Part shown: in pieces, positions 27,101-39,200 of the stretch
How positions within the stretch are numbered: position 1 is the stretch's first letter
Layout: each line of letters opens with the position of its first letter
The notes under the pieces: generated by a model
The model's input: the letters and a program-made list of their open reading frames with translations, nothing else
What the model was told of the DNA's origin: nothing
The model's database searches: none
Program-made: the position numbers and the translations under genes
Source of the DNA: Pecten maximus
Taxonomy: Eukaryota
Assembly (NCBI RefSeq): GCF_902652985.1
Contig: NC_047030.1
Location: 18,104,001 to 18,168,000, forward strand
Direction of reading: 5' to 3'
Length of the DNA stretch: 64,000 nt

Positions 27101-28435
27101 ATGCGGTTAAATTCAATTAGCACAATCATTGTTTAGTCTTTGTGTGAAAAGGGGGCTGAAATATAGAACAGTAGAGCGTGAAATATTTTGAGTTCACTTT
27201 CTTTCACAGTTTGAATTTCATGCCATTTAAAGATAGGTATGTTAATGGGGTATCTTAAGAAATTGCAGTCTCATATTTCAACTAAATTAATTTTGCTGTC
27301 AAAACCAAAAAAATTATATACACCACACACATGTGATACTATATACGGTAAGTCAGTTTCGCTTCATGAAAATAATATCACAATTAAAATGAAAATACAG
27401 TTATAGTTGTTATTACTGTATACCTGGTATTGTTCGCCCCTGGTTATTTTTGCCCTTGAGCAACACAAAAGATATTCGGCCCATTTTAATTTTGCCCTAA
27501 ACTGCTTTTACAATCGGAAAATTCCGTTCGGAATTCTCAATACAATTGCACTCTGAACACTCGGGATTTATCGAGTTCCCCCATTTTCTTTTCTTTGCAT
27601 ATCCCGCTGAGGTGTGAAATGTAATCAGGTGTGAAATATACAACGTTTACCTGTGTTTAGATTTACTTTTGTCCTATATTGATTCAAATAGTATCAGGTA
27701 TGCATGGTCAATTTTAAGCAAACATGATGAGTGGTAAGTTCACCGTGCCGTGACTAATTACTAACCAGTGTTTTCTCTTGTTCATTTGTCATCGATGGAA
27801 GCCACAAGCGACAGTGAACTCATAAAATAAGTCTTCACAATGGCAAGAATTTGATGCTATTTTGTGTGCATCATTTTAAAAATGACTGAACTTTAAAAGT
27901 TACTTAGTATTTAGAGGTTTTTTTTTAAATCAAATACTGTATACTAAACCTAGTACGCTGGCTTAGCCCATATTCTCGATTTAACTCAACGTGATATTGT
28001 AAATTGACTAGGTCTAGATTTAGATCTAGATTTTATTTCACATGTATAGATTGGAATAAAAAACAATACATTATTTTGTAAATTTATTGTAAATATATAA
28101 CACGTGTTGCTTGTAATTGTATAGAATAAAACACACTTGAAAACTACGAGGGTATGTTTTGGATCCGACAACAATTAGTCTATGTACGATAACTTGTAAA
28201 TCCTGCAATTGATCTTGAAATTTTCGCTGTCATCTTAAATTCGCCCTATCATCAAAGTGCGAAAATGGCGCAAATTAAACAGGGGTGAAAATTACCAGGT
28301 ATACAGTATTACATTTCGCATGCTGTAGTTTATGTAAGTTGGCTGTTAAAAAGTGTAAAAATGGTAAATTTAATACTCGAGGTTCTTTTTCTGTTCTAGG
28401 ATGTGAATTTGGATGAAGAGTTTCTTGAGGATTGA
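6121..28435 (+). CDS. COPB2: Coatomer subunit beta' (beta'-COP), about 931-942 aa, multi-exon
   Basis: GT-AG exons: 6121-6123 (ATG only), 6868-7005 ([28 protein letters not shown]), 7916-8002, 8557-8683, 9472-9620, 10511-10657, 11433-11532, 11987-12129, 12557-12757 (+1 nt near 12659), 13062-13261, 13859-13965, 15336-15479, 16358-16488, 17249-17456, 17627-17737, 18023-18237, 18775-18867, 19684-19864, 20675-20803, 21438-21585 (+1 nt near 21549), optional 21984-22017, 28400-28435 ([11 protein letters not shown]). WD40 repeats and beta'-COP motifs are present ([43 protein letters not shown]). Confidence 0.96.
9831..10031. mobile_element. Short TIR element (MITE)
   Basis: TTAGAGCTGTTCCAAAATCAT ... 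ATGATTTTGGAATAGTCCTT imperfect inverted ends, similar to the element at 15731-15915. Confidence 0.55.
10705..11010. repeat. 45-bp intronic tandem repeat
   Basis: Unit AAATGCCACTTACTCAAACTTGTATTACAGCATTTCTATACAGTA, about 6-7 copies. Confidence 0.9.
15612..15915. mobile_element. Two adjacent MITEs: a TTAA-flanked piggyBac-like one (15612-15702) and a TAGGACTATTCCAGTAAA-type one (15731-15915)
   Basis: TTAACCCTTTCA ... TGAAAGGGTTAA, and TAGGACTATTCCAGTAAA ... TTTACTGGAATAACCCCTA. Confidence 0.6.
19958..20420. repeat. 64-bp intronic tandem repeat containing CCAAT boxes
   Basis: Unit TTGACCAATCAGAAGTATTATGTCATCTGTAAATAAGGAGAGATGCCTAACTCCAATTGGAATA, about 7 copies. Confidence 0.9.
20865..21200. 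repeat. Intronic tandem repeat of about 90 bp, about 4 copies
   Basis: Recurrent GGACAGTAGCTAT...CCCCTACCAGTA.ACTGGAGG...GATTTTGTCTCCATCTGTCACTGTAAATAGAC. Confidence 0.8.
22545..22835. repeat. 46-bp tandem repeat
   Basis: Unit GTATCCTATAATAGTTATCTGTCTGTCTGTTGTATTAGAGATACAG, about 6 copies. Confidence 0.88.
23790..24150. repeat. Degenerate tandem repeat of about 26 bp
   Basis: Unit approximately GTGATGGTCAAGGTGTAGGGTCTCAC. Confidence 0.8.
25266..26333. mobile_element. Pogo/Tigger-like non-autonomous TIR element with TA TSD
   Basis: TA|CAGTCGAAT ... ATTCGACTG|TA, with repeated subterminal GGTC(G/T)CTTAAT(A/G)GAG motifs near both ends. Confidence 0.8.
26557..27080 (+). mobile_element. Helentron/HINE-like non-autonomous element with an internal 48-bp tandem repeat (3 copies)
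   Basis: Starts TTTTTAGCTCACCTG and ends CAGTTGAGC ... AGGTCCTTTGAGCCT followed by a T-run (subterminal inverted repeat plus short hairpin). Contains TGACCTTGACC motifs and repeats at 26595-26740. Related pieces lie at about 7130-7520, 22850-23430 and 40735-40960. Confidence 0.6.
27416..28306. mobile_element. Non-autonomous TIR element with TA TSD
   Basis: TA|CTGTATACCTGGTA ... TACCAGGTATACAG|TA, with further imperfect inverted similarity. Confidence 0.8.
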
Positions 28436-29689
28436 TGGAGACATATTGATATAAAGACAGTGTGATATATTGATACTGGGAACAAGGCAATGTATACAGA
28501 CAAGAGTGGTCGACAGAGATTCCACACATCATACATGCTCCAAGTGATCTTCAGAAGAACAATGATTCAATCCTTGTCTCAGTTCTCTGAAAAAATTCCT
28601 TGTACGATGGAAAGGTTTTCGTATTGGAAGGAAATTGTTTATGAACCAATAAGTACTGTTATTGGAATTATATTTCCGGACGAGGAGTGATTCATGAATT
28701 TTTATCTTAGCATATATAACAGAAAAGAATTTGTATGCTACTTTATCAATAGATTAAAAATAATCTTTAGGATATAAATTTATTCTTTCCGTTCTTCATC
28801 AACACTTCATTGCTGACATCACCTAAATAGCATGTTTTCTCTAAAAAGTCTAACTGGATAGTGCTTTTAAATCACTAGTTCAAAATTTTGATGTTTTGTG
28901 AGTTCAACGTTTTCTGGAAATGCCTTCAATTATTGTTACTTATCATTCAAAAATATTTTGAATATTAATCAGCATGTTAATAAACAGTAGATCAGGAAAA
29001 AAACATCAAACATAAATAGTTTAACTGTGATGTTCATCAATATTGCTTTAAAAGTGATTGACACTCCAGGATACATTGTAATTTGCTTCACATTACATGG
29101 TGTGTGATAATAGGTGTATATTGTATTTTATCGTAAATAAATTTCACAGTCTCTTTACGATAATGACATTATTTATATTGTTTAAAGTGTGTATTTCAAT
29201 TTTTGAAGGGAGAGAAATTGGAAAGGTTAAATGTGCAAACACATTTCTTTTATTATATTTAATGGTTATGTTTCTTATTGTGCTTTCTTAATTAAGTGCT
29301 TTGTAAGAACAGCTGTATTATATAGAGAATCCACCCCAGCACTGATTTCATCTTTTTTTTCCAAAAAAACACAATAATGGCCCATCATCGATATTCAGTA
29401 ACTCTTCAGTTTTGAGGTTTTTAATGTACAGAATTTTACCAAAAACTTCACATATGTCATCAAAACCGTGAATAAACAAAGGGGTATTGTTCCAGTTAAA
29501 GAAAATAATGTGAACTGATTCTCTTTGTAGTAAGTATGTGTATGTTTGTGCGATGTAAGGATAGAGAGGCATGAATGAATAAACAACTCAAATATATAAA
29601 TGGTCTTCATGTTTTAATATATATACATTTATTAATACATGTACAATTTGTATCTGTGCCCTAATCACAATGTCCAACCATCAATCCTT

Positions 29690-30155
29690 GAACAAGTCTA
29701 CAGACAACAAAGGGAGATAAACCTTGGAACAAGTCTACATAATCAAGGGAGATAAACCTTGAACACATTTCCATGAGGGTATGATTATATATTTCATGGA
29801 TCAAAAATGGAGATTAAGTTTGAAGAGTCTACATGCAACAAGAGATAAGCTTAAACAAATCAACATGCAACAAGGAGATAAACCTTGGACAAGTCTACAT
29901 AAACCAAGGGAGATAAACCTTGGACAAGTCTACATAAACCAAGGGAGATAAACCTTGGATAAGTCTACATACAACAAGGGAGGTAAACCTTGGACAAGTC
30001 TACATACAAGGGAGATAAACCTTGGACAAGTCTACATAAACCAAGGGAGATAAACCTTGGACAAGTCTACATACAAGGGAGATAAACCTTGGACAAGTCT
30101 ACATACAATAAGGGAGATAAACCTTGGAAATTTTACAAACAACAAGGGATATAAA
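29690..30155. repeat. Tandem repeat of about 35 bp between the convergent COPB2 and orphan-gene 3' ends
   Basis: Unit AAGGGAGATAAACCTTGGACAAGTCTACATA(A/C)A.C. Confidence 0.88.
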
Positions 30156-30689
30156 CCATTGGCAAGTTCACGAGAGAAAAGAATCGAACAAAGAGATAAA
30201 ACAATATATTAGCTCCTCTACACGTAGAATAGGACGTGTATCGTTAATCTCAAGTTGTGAGGTTATTTCAAAAGTCTACATATTTAATTGACAAGATAAA
30301 GAGACAAACAACGAAGGTTTTTCTAAGCATGAGCCCTTTAACTTTTCATATATGTATATAACCCCTGTAACACAAATGACGAAGGAAGATAATTTCATGA
30401 TTTGTGCCCTTATCTGACCACACATCTACGTTTTTATAAATATATCTGATATAAATCTATATATACAATTACGAATGTTTGTCGGGAGTACGGAGTCGTC
30501 TAATGATAATGGAGAGATATTCCCTAGGATACCTATATGATAACTCGTCACTGTCATGAGCGATTATTCCTACTACTATCAACAACTTATTACAAAGTCG
30601 TCCCAATGGCGATATATATCTCATCTGTGGAAATTTAGCATAAAAATAAAATTACAACAAACTTGCATCACAGTGAATATCGCCACTTT

Positions 30690-31010
30690 CTATTCAAACC
30701 CGTCCCTATGGCGATAAATCCCCATCGTCTATACATATTCGTTCCAATGGCGATACTTCTGCAATGTATTTACATACTCGTAATAGCGATATATCGCCAC
30801 AATCTATACATACTCGTCCCAATGGTGATATACTCCAATGTATATACATACTCGTCCCAATGGCGTTACATCTCCAATCTATATTTCCAATGTCTATACA
30901 AACTCGTCCCAATGGCGTTACATCTCCATTGTCTATACAAACTCGTCCCAATGGCGTTATATCTCCAATGTCTATACAAACTCATCCTAATGGCGATATG
31001 TCTCCCAATA
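30690..31010. repeat. Degenerate tandem repeat of about 39 bp just downstream of the orphan-gene stop
   Basis: Recurrent CTCGTCCCAATGGCG.TA.ATCTCCAATGTCTATACAAA. Confidence 0.8.
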
Positions 31011-31021
31011 TCCATAACAAT

Positions 31022-33903
31022 TCATATGAGAGTAAAAATACCTGTCGCCATGCCATATGCGATTGCCATGGTAACAACAGCCGTGTTCACTGAGAATCGC
31101 CAGGACCCGGAGTTAGCAGGCTTGTTTTCGGTGTCAGAACCCTCCTGTTCTGTTTTTGTTGGAGTTTCCATTTCTTGTCTGATTTTAGTCCCGTGCACTG
31201 GTGCTATGGCGTTATTATCAAGTATACCTATGGCGCTACCAGGACTATCTTCATAGCTGTCAAATATTTCCATAACCGGCTGTGTTAATGAGTCATTACT
31301 CGGATCCGAGATGGAATCCAAGGGTTGATCATGATTACTTGGGACCTTTCCGACAGACTTTTCGGTGGTGCTATATTCCTCGGGTTCTGGTCTACCTGGG
31401 TTCTGAGGAGGTGATCTTGGGATTATTGATAGTGCAACGGTAGAGAAGGTCAGGAAAACAACCACCTGTATCCCTGAAATATCCAATTACAAACACGGTA
31501 AAAACTATGGTAAGCAAAGTTTTTATTCATGATGCAATGTTGATCAAGTAATTAACAAAATTTTATAATATATCTTATATATTTGTGTGTTTTATCTTAT
31601 GTTTGCATACTGAATAAGATATCTTTATACATAATATCTTACTTATAGTTTATGAGATACAAAACTGTACCTAATATTTTATAAAATATCTCATAATATA
31701 TAAGGCAAATCATAAAAGATATAAAACATCCAAAATGTTTCTTTATCAGATATCTTATAAACTTTTTGATATATCTTTATTTTATATAAGATCTATCTTA
31801 ATAAGATATTTTATATCTTTTATCAGATATCTTATATAATTAATAAGATATCTGATAAAATAAACCATTTAAGATCTCATATCTTTTATGTTAAAAGTAT
31901 TAGGTATCTCATAAACATAAAATACGATATGATGTAAACATATAAGATTTGGTTGATTACTGGATCAACATTCCTCCATGAATAAATGGCAACTTGGTTT
32001 GGTATCAAAAAAACTCACGAAGGATTAAAATATAGAATTCGGAAAAGTGAAAAAAAAAAAGAAAACTAAAAACAAACAAACAAACAAACAAACAAACAAA
32101 ACAAAAGTGTGGGTGGTCAAAATAATAATCTGATAATTATAAATTAATTATAACTATTGATTAACAATGAAGATAAATATGAACTAATGTTTGACCCATT
32201 AGACACTTAGTAAGGTAATAGAAACAATTTTTGCTAGTTTGGATATTAAACCATAATGGAACAAAACAATTGACTTTCTCCGCGTCAATATGGTTTCGTC
32301 GCGGGTCAACATTTCTCTCTAGCTTCATAATATGTTTGATGATTGTGCGTTGGTTATATTGCAAAAAAAATAAATAAAAACACCAAATTGTATAGCCCGA
32401 GTTTCCTCTGGCCCTGACATCATGTTCGGTGAGCCCAAGTTTCCTCTGGCCCTGACACCATATCTGGTGTAAGGCCCATACACCATACCTGGTGAAAGGA
32501 CCATACACCAGACATGGTGTCAGGGCCAGAGGAAACTCGGGCTACAAATTGTATGAATATACAGGAACCCTAAGCTGTGAATTCACTCCAATCAGAAATT
32601 GAGCGACATTTCGCTCTTATGATTTCATACAAGAATGTGAAAATTCATGGATATCGGTCGGGCATTCGAAGAATATAATTTATTTCCTTAAGGATGAACC
32701 ACCCTGAAAGGTGCAAAGAGAAAAAGATTTTGGGTGATGATATGTGTACAACAATTAGAAAGGTATATATACTCCATATTAGCAATTATCCGAATTACTT
32801 TTCAGTATTTTAATGATAAAAAATCTCTAGTACAGATTCATTTGGGAATCCGCATGAAATAAAAGATGTCGAAATGCTGGAACGAGTCCAAAGGAGAACT
32901 CACGATTTACCCGGGTTTGGGGATCTCATATCCGAAGAGGCTAAAACAAGGAGATATGCTGCAGTGTTTAAGGTAATCGGTAACATGTATGATAGCAGAG
33001 CGTCAAATCCCATAGGCAAGAACTCAAGATCATACAAAAAATTAACTGTTTAAAAGCAGAAAAACGAAAATCCCCTTTGTGTATTACGTGTACTATACGG
33101 ATTTGACGCCGTTTCCCAGAAGAGGTGGTAAAAGAATCGTAATTGAGCATTTTTACAAAACAGATTAAAAAAATCACTGGTTCCACTAAGGAATTTCGTC
33201 CAATGACAGAGCTAACGTTCAGATCTAGTGGACAATGGGACGTCACATTTCACTTTGAGTACTATAAAGTTCCGGTCAAAAGTCTTTCCGCATAGCCTAA
33301 TTCTGCTACGATTTCTTTGTATTTTCAGATTTTTTTTTCAATCATATACACTGCCTTCATTCATGTTTGTATTTCATTGAAATTTTGTGTGTTGAAACAG
33401 ACATTCCTGCTGTAAAATTTTGATGCATAATACCTTATATGCAGGTAGATATCAAAAGTTACAACAAAACCAAAATTCCTTTGGCACCGTCATCATTCAT
33501 GAACTTACAAAAATATCACCAAAATAGCGTTACAAATATTCATATTTTAAGATAAATTTGAATTCTTCAAATGAACGACAGCGGAAAATGCTCAAAATAC
33601 ATGTATTGTCAAATGAAATTTAACCAAAACTTTTCAGCATACAAACTTTTGTTAATATCGGCCCATTAAAAAATCCACGAAAATTCCTTGAACACATGTC
33701 TAAATAGTAAGATTATATGACAGAATTGGAATGCGCGGAAAGACAGTGTATATATGATCATGTTTATATCAAAAATAAAAAAAAAAACTGTTTTGCTTGG
33801 AGTCCGGTGAAGAGGGATGATATTCAGATCCTGTATCAGGAATAATAAACTTGTACCCGGTATTCATTATAGGTATAAACTAGTATAAAAATTACTTACT
33901 CAT
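31022..33903 (-). CDS. Orphan 151-aa secreted protein, Ser/Thr/Pro/Glu-rich, probably GPI-anchored
   Basis: Exon 1 ends ATGA|gtaagt (33903-33900). Exon 2 starts after atttcag at 31473 and runs to the stop at 31022. The product is MRIQVVVFLTFSTVALS (signal peptide-like), then a low-complexity linker, then ANSGS and a hydrophobic C-terminal tail (VNTAVVTMAIAYGMATGIFTLI*). Confidence 0.72.
31510..32006. mobile_element. AT-rich foldback element (long imperfect inverted repeats) in the orphan-gene intron
   Basis: TTTATTCATGATGCAATGTTGATCAAGTAATTAAC (31522 onward) is inverted against GTTGATTACTGGATCAACATTCCTCCATGAATAAA (to 31986). The interior is built of ATAAGATA/TATCTTAT motifs. Confidence 0.7.
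32393..32544. mobile_element. 152-bp MITE with TAG...CTA termini and a 9-bp TSD (Mutator- or AcademH-like)
   Basis: TIR TAGCCCGAGTTTCCTCTGGCCCTGACA; CAAATTGTA duplicated at 32384-32392 and 32545-32553. Confidence 0.8.
32700..33180 (+). mobile_element. Decayed 3' fragment of a CR1/L2-like LINE ORF2
   Basis: Broken frames give EKD.G, MLERVQRR, Y..RLK, GDML..FK and PEEVV-like motifs, which are typical of the post-RT C-terminus of CR1-clade elements. Many indels and stops. Confidence 0.55.
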
Positions 33904-33969
33904 ATTGTATAAGGTCGTTAAACTCAGCTGTGTTCCCCAGGTGCCGACAGAGACTCCAAGACGGTCTTG

Positions 33970-34012
33970 ATAAAACTGATGGTCCCTCTTCCTGTATTTG
34001 ATATATATATAT
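33970..34012 (-). promoter_or_regulatory. Candidate TATA box plus Initiator core promoter of the orphan gene
   Basis: Minus-strand TATATATA (about 34012-34001) lies roughly 25-30 nt upstream of an Inr-like ATCAGT (33980-33975), which is about 75 nt upstream of the ATG. Confidence 0.5.
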
Positions 34013-34419
34013 TGGCTTCGCGAAAACGCTTGGGGATACTTTCTGATTTCTGTTACATTCTAACATGTCGATTTTTAGTGGATAAGTATTGGGTGTGTAA
34101 TTTTTAGGTTTACATTCTCAGGCCTTCCCTACGTCTGATGATTGGGTTGGCTATCAGGTAATGATTGGGCGTATGACAACACGGCGTGATTTTTATTGAT
34201 AAGTTTATCTTTATATATAATTGAATGTAAATTTATGTTTGAGAACCTCAAATAACGAACTCTGGTTACGACATAGATGATATAATCTTCTTCTCATCGT
34301 GACAGGGTTTTGTCCGTTGTTGGTTCTGTTGTCTCATTTAGATCTATCAATTTGTTTAGTTTTCCTTGGTTTCATGGGAATTTATAAATCACTAGACTTT
34401 GTATTTAGGAACGGCTAAA

Positions 34420-34575
34420 AGTTTGTTTGTTTACGGGTTTATCGCCGCGTGAACAGCCAGTGTCATTTTGAGGCTGGGTCTCCTTGTAGTAGTCAGTGAC
34501 TACCTCTCTGAACGACATACGGGAGGTCAGAGTTATATGGGTAACGTGTCTTGCCCAAGGACACAACCACGACAG
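34420..34575 (-). mobile_element. CORE-type SINE remnant with an (AAAC)n tail
   Basis: The minus strand reads GTTGTGTCCTTGGGCAAGACAC (CORE-like) and ends in AAACAAACAAAC. Confidence 0.55.
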
Positions 34576-34639
34576 CACATACTTGTCTGTTTCTCATTTT
34601 TTCAGTGTTAGTGGTCTCACCTCATGTACACCTCCCTTC

Positions 34640-36140
34640 GTAATGAGGTCTCCCCTCGTGTTAGACTTCCCTCGTATTAGTCTCCCCTCGTGTTAGAATT
34701 CCCTCGTGTTAGTCTCCCTCGTGTTAGACTCCCCTCGTGATAGACTCCCCTCGTGTTAGACTTCCCTCGTATTAGTCTCCCCTCGTGTTAGAATTCCCTC
34801 GTGTTAGTCTCCCTTGTGTTAGACTCCCCTCGTGTTAGACTTCCCTCGTATTAGACTTCCCTCGTGTTAGAATTTCCTCGTGTTAGACCCCTCTCGTGTT
34901 AGACTCCCCTTGTGTAAGACTTCCCTCGTGTTAGACTCCCCTCGTGTAAGACTCCCCTCGTGTTAGACTCCCCTCGTGTTAGACTCCCCTTGTGTAAGAC
35001 TCCCCTCGTGTTAGACTCCCCTCGTGTTGGACTCCCCTCGTGTTGGACTCCCCTCGTGTAAGACTCCCCTTGTGTAAGACTTCCCTCGTGTTAGACTCCC
35101 CTCGTGTAAGACTCCCCTCGTGTTAGACTCCCCTCGTGTTAGACTCCCCTTGTGTAAGACTCCCCTCGTGTTAGACTCCCCTCGTGTTGGACTCCCCTCG
35201 TGTTGGACTCCCCTCGTGTAAGACTCCCCTCGTGTTGGACTTCCCTCGTGTTAGACTTCCCTCGTGTTAGACTCCCCTCGTATTAGACCCCCTCGTGTTA
35301 GACTCCCCTTGTGTAAGACTCCCCTCGTTTTAGACTCCCCTCGTGTTATGGACACATATCTCATAGTATGTGTCCCTTCGTGTTAGACTCCCTCGTGTTA
35401 GACTCCCCTCGTGTTAGACTCCCCTCGTGTAAGACTCCCCTCGTGTTAGACTCCCCTCGTGTTAGACTCCCCTCGTGTAAGACTCCCCTCGTGTTAGACT
35501 CCCCTCGTGTTAGACTCCCCTTGTGTAAGACTCCCCTCGTGTTAGACTCCCCTCATGTTAGACTCCCCTCGTGTTAGACTCCCTCGTGTTAGACTCCCCT
35601 TATGTTAGACTCCCCTCGTGTTAGACTCCCTCGTGTTAGACTCCCTCGTGTTAGACTCCCCTCGTGTTAGACTCCCCTCGTGTTACACTCCCCTCATGTT
35701 AGACTCCCCTCGTGTTAGACTCCCTCGTGTTACACTCCCCTCGTGTTACACTTCCCTCGTGTTAGACTTCCCTCGTGTTACACTCCCCTCGTGTTAGAGT
35801 TCCCTCGTATTAGTCTCCCCTCATGTTAGACTCCCCTCGTGTTAGTCTCCCCTCGTGTTAGACTCCCCTCGTGTTAGACTCCCGTCGTGTTAGACTCCCT
35901 CGTGTTAGACTCCCCTCGTGTTAGACTCCCCTCGTTTTAGACTCCCCTCGTGTTATGGACACATCTCTCATAGTATGTGTCCCTTCGTTTTAGACTCCCT
36001 CGTGTTAGACTCCCCTCGTGTTAGACTCCCCTCGTGTTAGACTCCCCTTGTGTAAGACTCCCCTCGTGTTAGACTCCCCTCGTTTTAGACTCCCCTCGTG
36101 TTATGGACACATCTCTTATAGTATGTGTCCCTTCGTGTTA
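34640..36140. repeat. 16-bp minisatellite (about 1.5 kb) with three hairpin-containing interruptions
   Basis: Unit ACTCCCCTCGTGTTAG. Inserts GGACACAT(A/C)TCT(C/T)ATAGTATGTGTCC at about 35350, 35957 and 36105. Confidence 0.92.
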
Positions 36141-36257
36141 GATCTGCCACCATAACAGACGTCCGTTATATTAAGTCATTACTCATGTTAGACCTGCGTA
36201 TTAGGCTCGTGTTAGATTTTCCCTCATGCAGACATCCCCTCGTGTTGATATCTTTGT

Positions 36258-39200
36258 CCACTGTAATGAACATAAATATCGAGCAGGCCTATTCTAGTCA
36301 CTGTAATGGACATGAATATCGAGCAGGCCTATTCTAGTCATTGTAATGAGTATGACTATCAAGCAGGCCTATTCTAGTCACTGTAATTGACATAAATATC
36401 GAGCAGGTCTATTCTAGTCCCTGTAATGGACATACATATCTAGCAGGCCTATTCTAGTCCCTGTAATGGACATAAATATCGAGCAGGCCTATTCTAGTCC
36501 CTGTAATTGACATAAATATCGAGCAGGCCTATTCTAGTCACTGTAATGGACATAACTATCTAGCAGGGCTATTCTAGTCCCTGTAATGGACATTTATATC
36601 TAGCAGGCCTATTCTAGTCACTGTAATGAGTATGACTATCAAGCAGGCCTATTCTAGTCACTGTAATGGACATACATATCTAGCAGGCCTATTCTAGTCC
36701 CTGTAATGGACATAACTATCTAGCAGGCCTATTCTAGTCACTGTAATTGACATAAATATCGAGCAGGCCTTTTCTAGTCACTGTAATGAGTATGACTATC
36801 AAGTCGGCCTATTCTAGTCCCTGTAATTGACATTTATATCTAGCAGGCCTAATCTAGTCACTGTAATGAGTATGACTATCAAGCAGGCCTATTCTAGTCA
36901 CTGTAATTGACATTTATATCTAGCAGGCCTAATCTAGTCACTGTAATGAGTATGACTATCTAGCAGGTCTACTCTAGTCACTGTAATGGACATTTATATC
37001 TAGCAGGCCTAATCTAGTCACTGTAATGGACATTTATATCTAGCAGGCCTATTCTGGTCACTGTAATGAGTATGACTATCAAGTCGGCCTATTCTAGTCA
37101 CTGTAATGGACATTTATATCTAACAGGCCTATTTTGGTCACTGTAATGGACATAAATATCTAGCAGGCCTATTCTAGTCACTGTAATGGACATAACTATC
37201 TAGCAGGCCTATTCTGGTCACTGTAATGGCCATTTATATCTAGCAGGCCTATTCTAGTCCCTGTAATGGATATAAATATCGAGCAGGCCTATTCTAGTCA
37301 CTGTAATGGACATAACTATCTAACAGACCTATTCTAGTCACTGTAGTGGACATTTATATCGAGCAGGCCTATTCTAGTCACTGTAATGGACATAAATATC
37401 TAGCAGGCCTATTCTGGTCACTGTAATGGACATAAATATCTAGCAGGCCTATTCTAGTCACTGTAGTGGACATAAATATCTAACAGGCCTATTCTAGTCA
37501 CTGTAATGGCCATTTATATCTAGCAGGCCTATTCTAGTCACTGTAATGGACATTTATATCTAGCAGGCCTATTCTAGTTACTGTAATGGACATTTATATC
37601 TAGCAGGCCTATTCTGGTCACTGTAGTGGACATTAATATCTAGCAGGCCTATTCTAGTCACTGTAGTGGACATTTATATCTAGCAGGCCTAATCTAGTCA
37701 CTGTAATGGACATAAATATCTAGCAGGCCTATTCTAGTCACTGTAGTGGACATAAATATCTAGCAGGCCTATTCTAGTTACTGTAATGGACATTAATATC
37801 TAGCAGGCCTATTCTAGTCACTGTAGTGGACATAAATATCTGACAGGCCTATTCTAGTCACTGTAATGGACATAAATATCTAGCAGGCCTATTCTAGTCA
37901 CTGTAATGGACATAAATATCTAGCAGGCCTATTCTGGTCACTGTAATGAGTATGACCATCAAGCAGGCCTATTCTAGTCCCTGTAGTGGACATAAATATC
38001 GAGCAGGCCTATTCTAGTCACTGTAGTGGACATTTATATCGAGTAGGCCTATTCTAGTCACTGTAATGGACATAAATATCTAGCAGGCCTATTCTAGTCA
38101 CTGTAATGGACATAACTATCTAGCAGGCCTATTCTGGTCACTGTAATGGCCATTTATATCTAGCAGGCCTATTCTGGTCACTGTAATGGCCATTTATATC
38201 TAGCAGGCCTATTCTAGTCACTGTAATTGACATACATATCTAGCAGGCCTATTCTAGTCACTGTAATGGACATAACTATCGAGCAGGCCTATTCTAGTCA
38301 CTGTTGTGGACATAACTATCTAGCAGGCCTATTCTAGTCACTGTAATGACCATTTATATCTAACAGGCCTATTCTAGTCACTGTAATGGACATAACTATC
38401 TAGCAGGCCTATTCTGGTCACTGTAGTGGACATAAATATCTAGCAGGCCTATTCTGGTCACTGTAATGGCCATTTATATCTAGCAGGCCTATTCTAGTCA
38501 CTGTAGTGGACATTTATATCGAGCAGGCCTATTCTGGTCACTGTAATGGCCATTTATATCTAGCAGGCCTATTCTGGTCACTGTAGTGGACATAAATATC
38601 TAACAGGCATATTCTAGTCACTGTAATGGACATAAATATCTAGCAGGCCTATTCTAGTCACTGTAATGGACATAAATATCTAGCAGGCCTGTTCTGGTCA
38701 CTGTAATGGCCATTTATATCTAGCAGGCCTATTCTAGTCACTGTAGTGGACATAAATATCTAACAGGCCTATTCTGGTCACTGTAGTGGACATTTATATC
38801 GAGCAGGACTATTCTAGTCACTGTAATGGACATTTATATCGAGCAGGCCTATTCTGGTCACTGTAGTGGACATTAATATCTAACAGGCCTATTCTGGTCA
38901 CTGTAGTGGACATTTATATCTAGCAGGTCTATTCTAGTCACTGTAGTGGACATAAATATCTAGCAGGCCTATTTTAGTCACTGTAATGGACATAAATATC
39001 TAGCAGGCCTATTCTAGTCACTGTAATGGACATTTATATCGAGCAGGCATATTCTAGTCACTGTAGTGGACATTTATATCTAGCAGGCCTATTCTAGTCA
39101 CTGTAATGGACATAAATATCTAGCAGGCCTATTCTGGTCACTGTAATGGACATAAATATCTAGCAGGCCTATTCTAGTCACTGTAGTGGACATAAATATC

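Noticed and set aside
30663-31256. 197-aa plus-strand ORF
   Set aside because: It consists of a tandem repeat plus the antisense of the better-supported minus-strand orphan exon.
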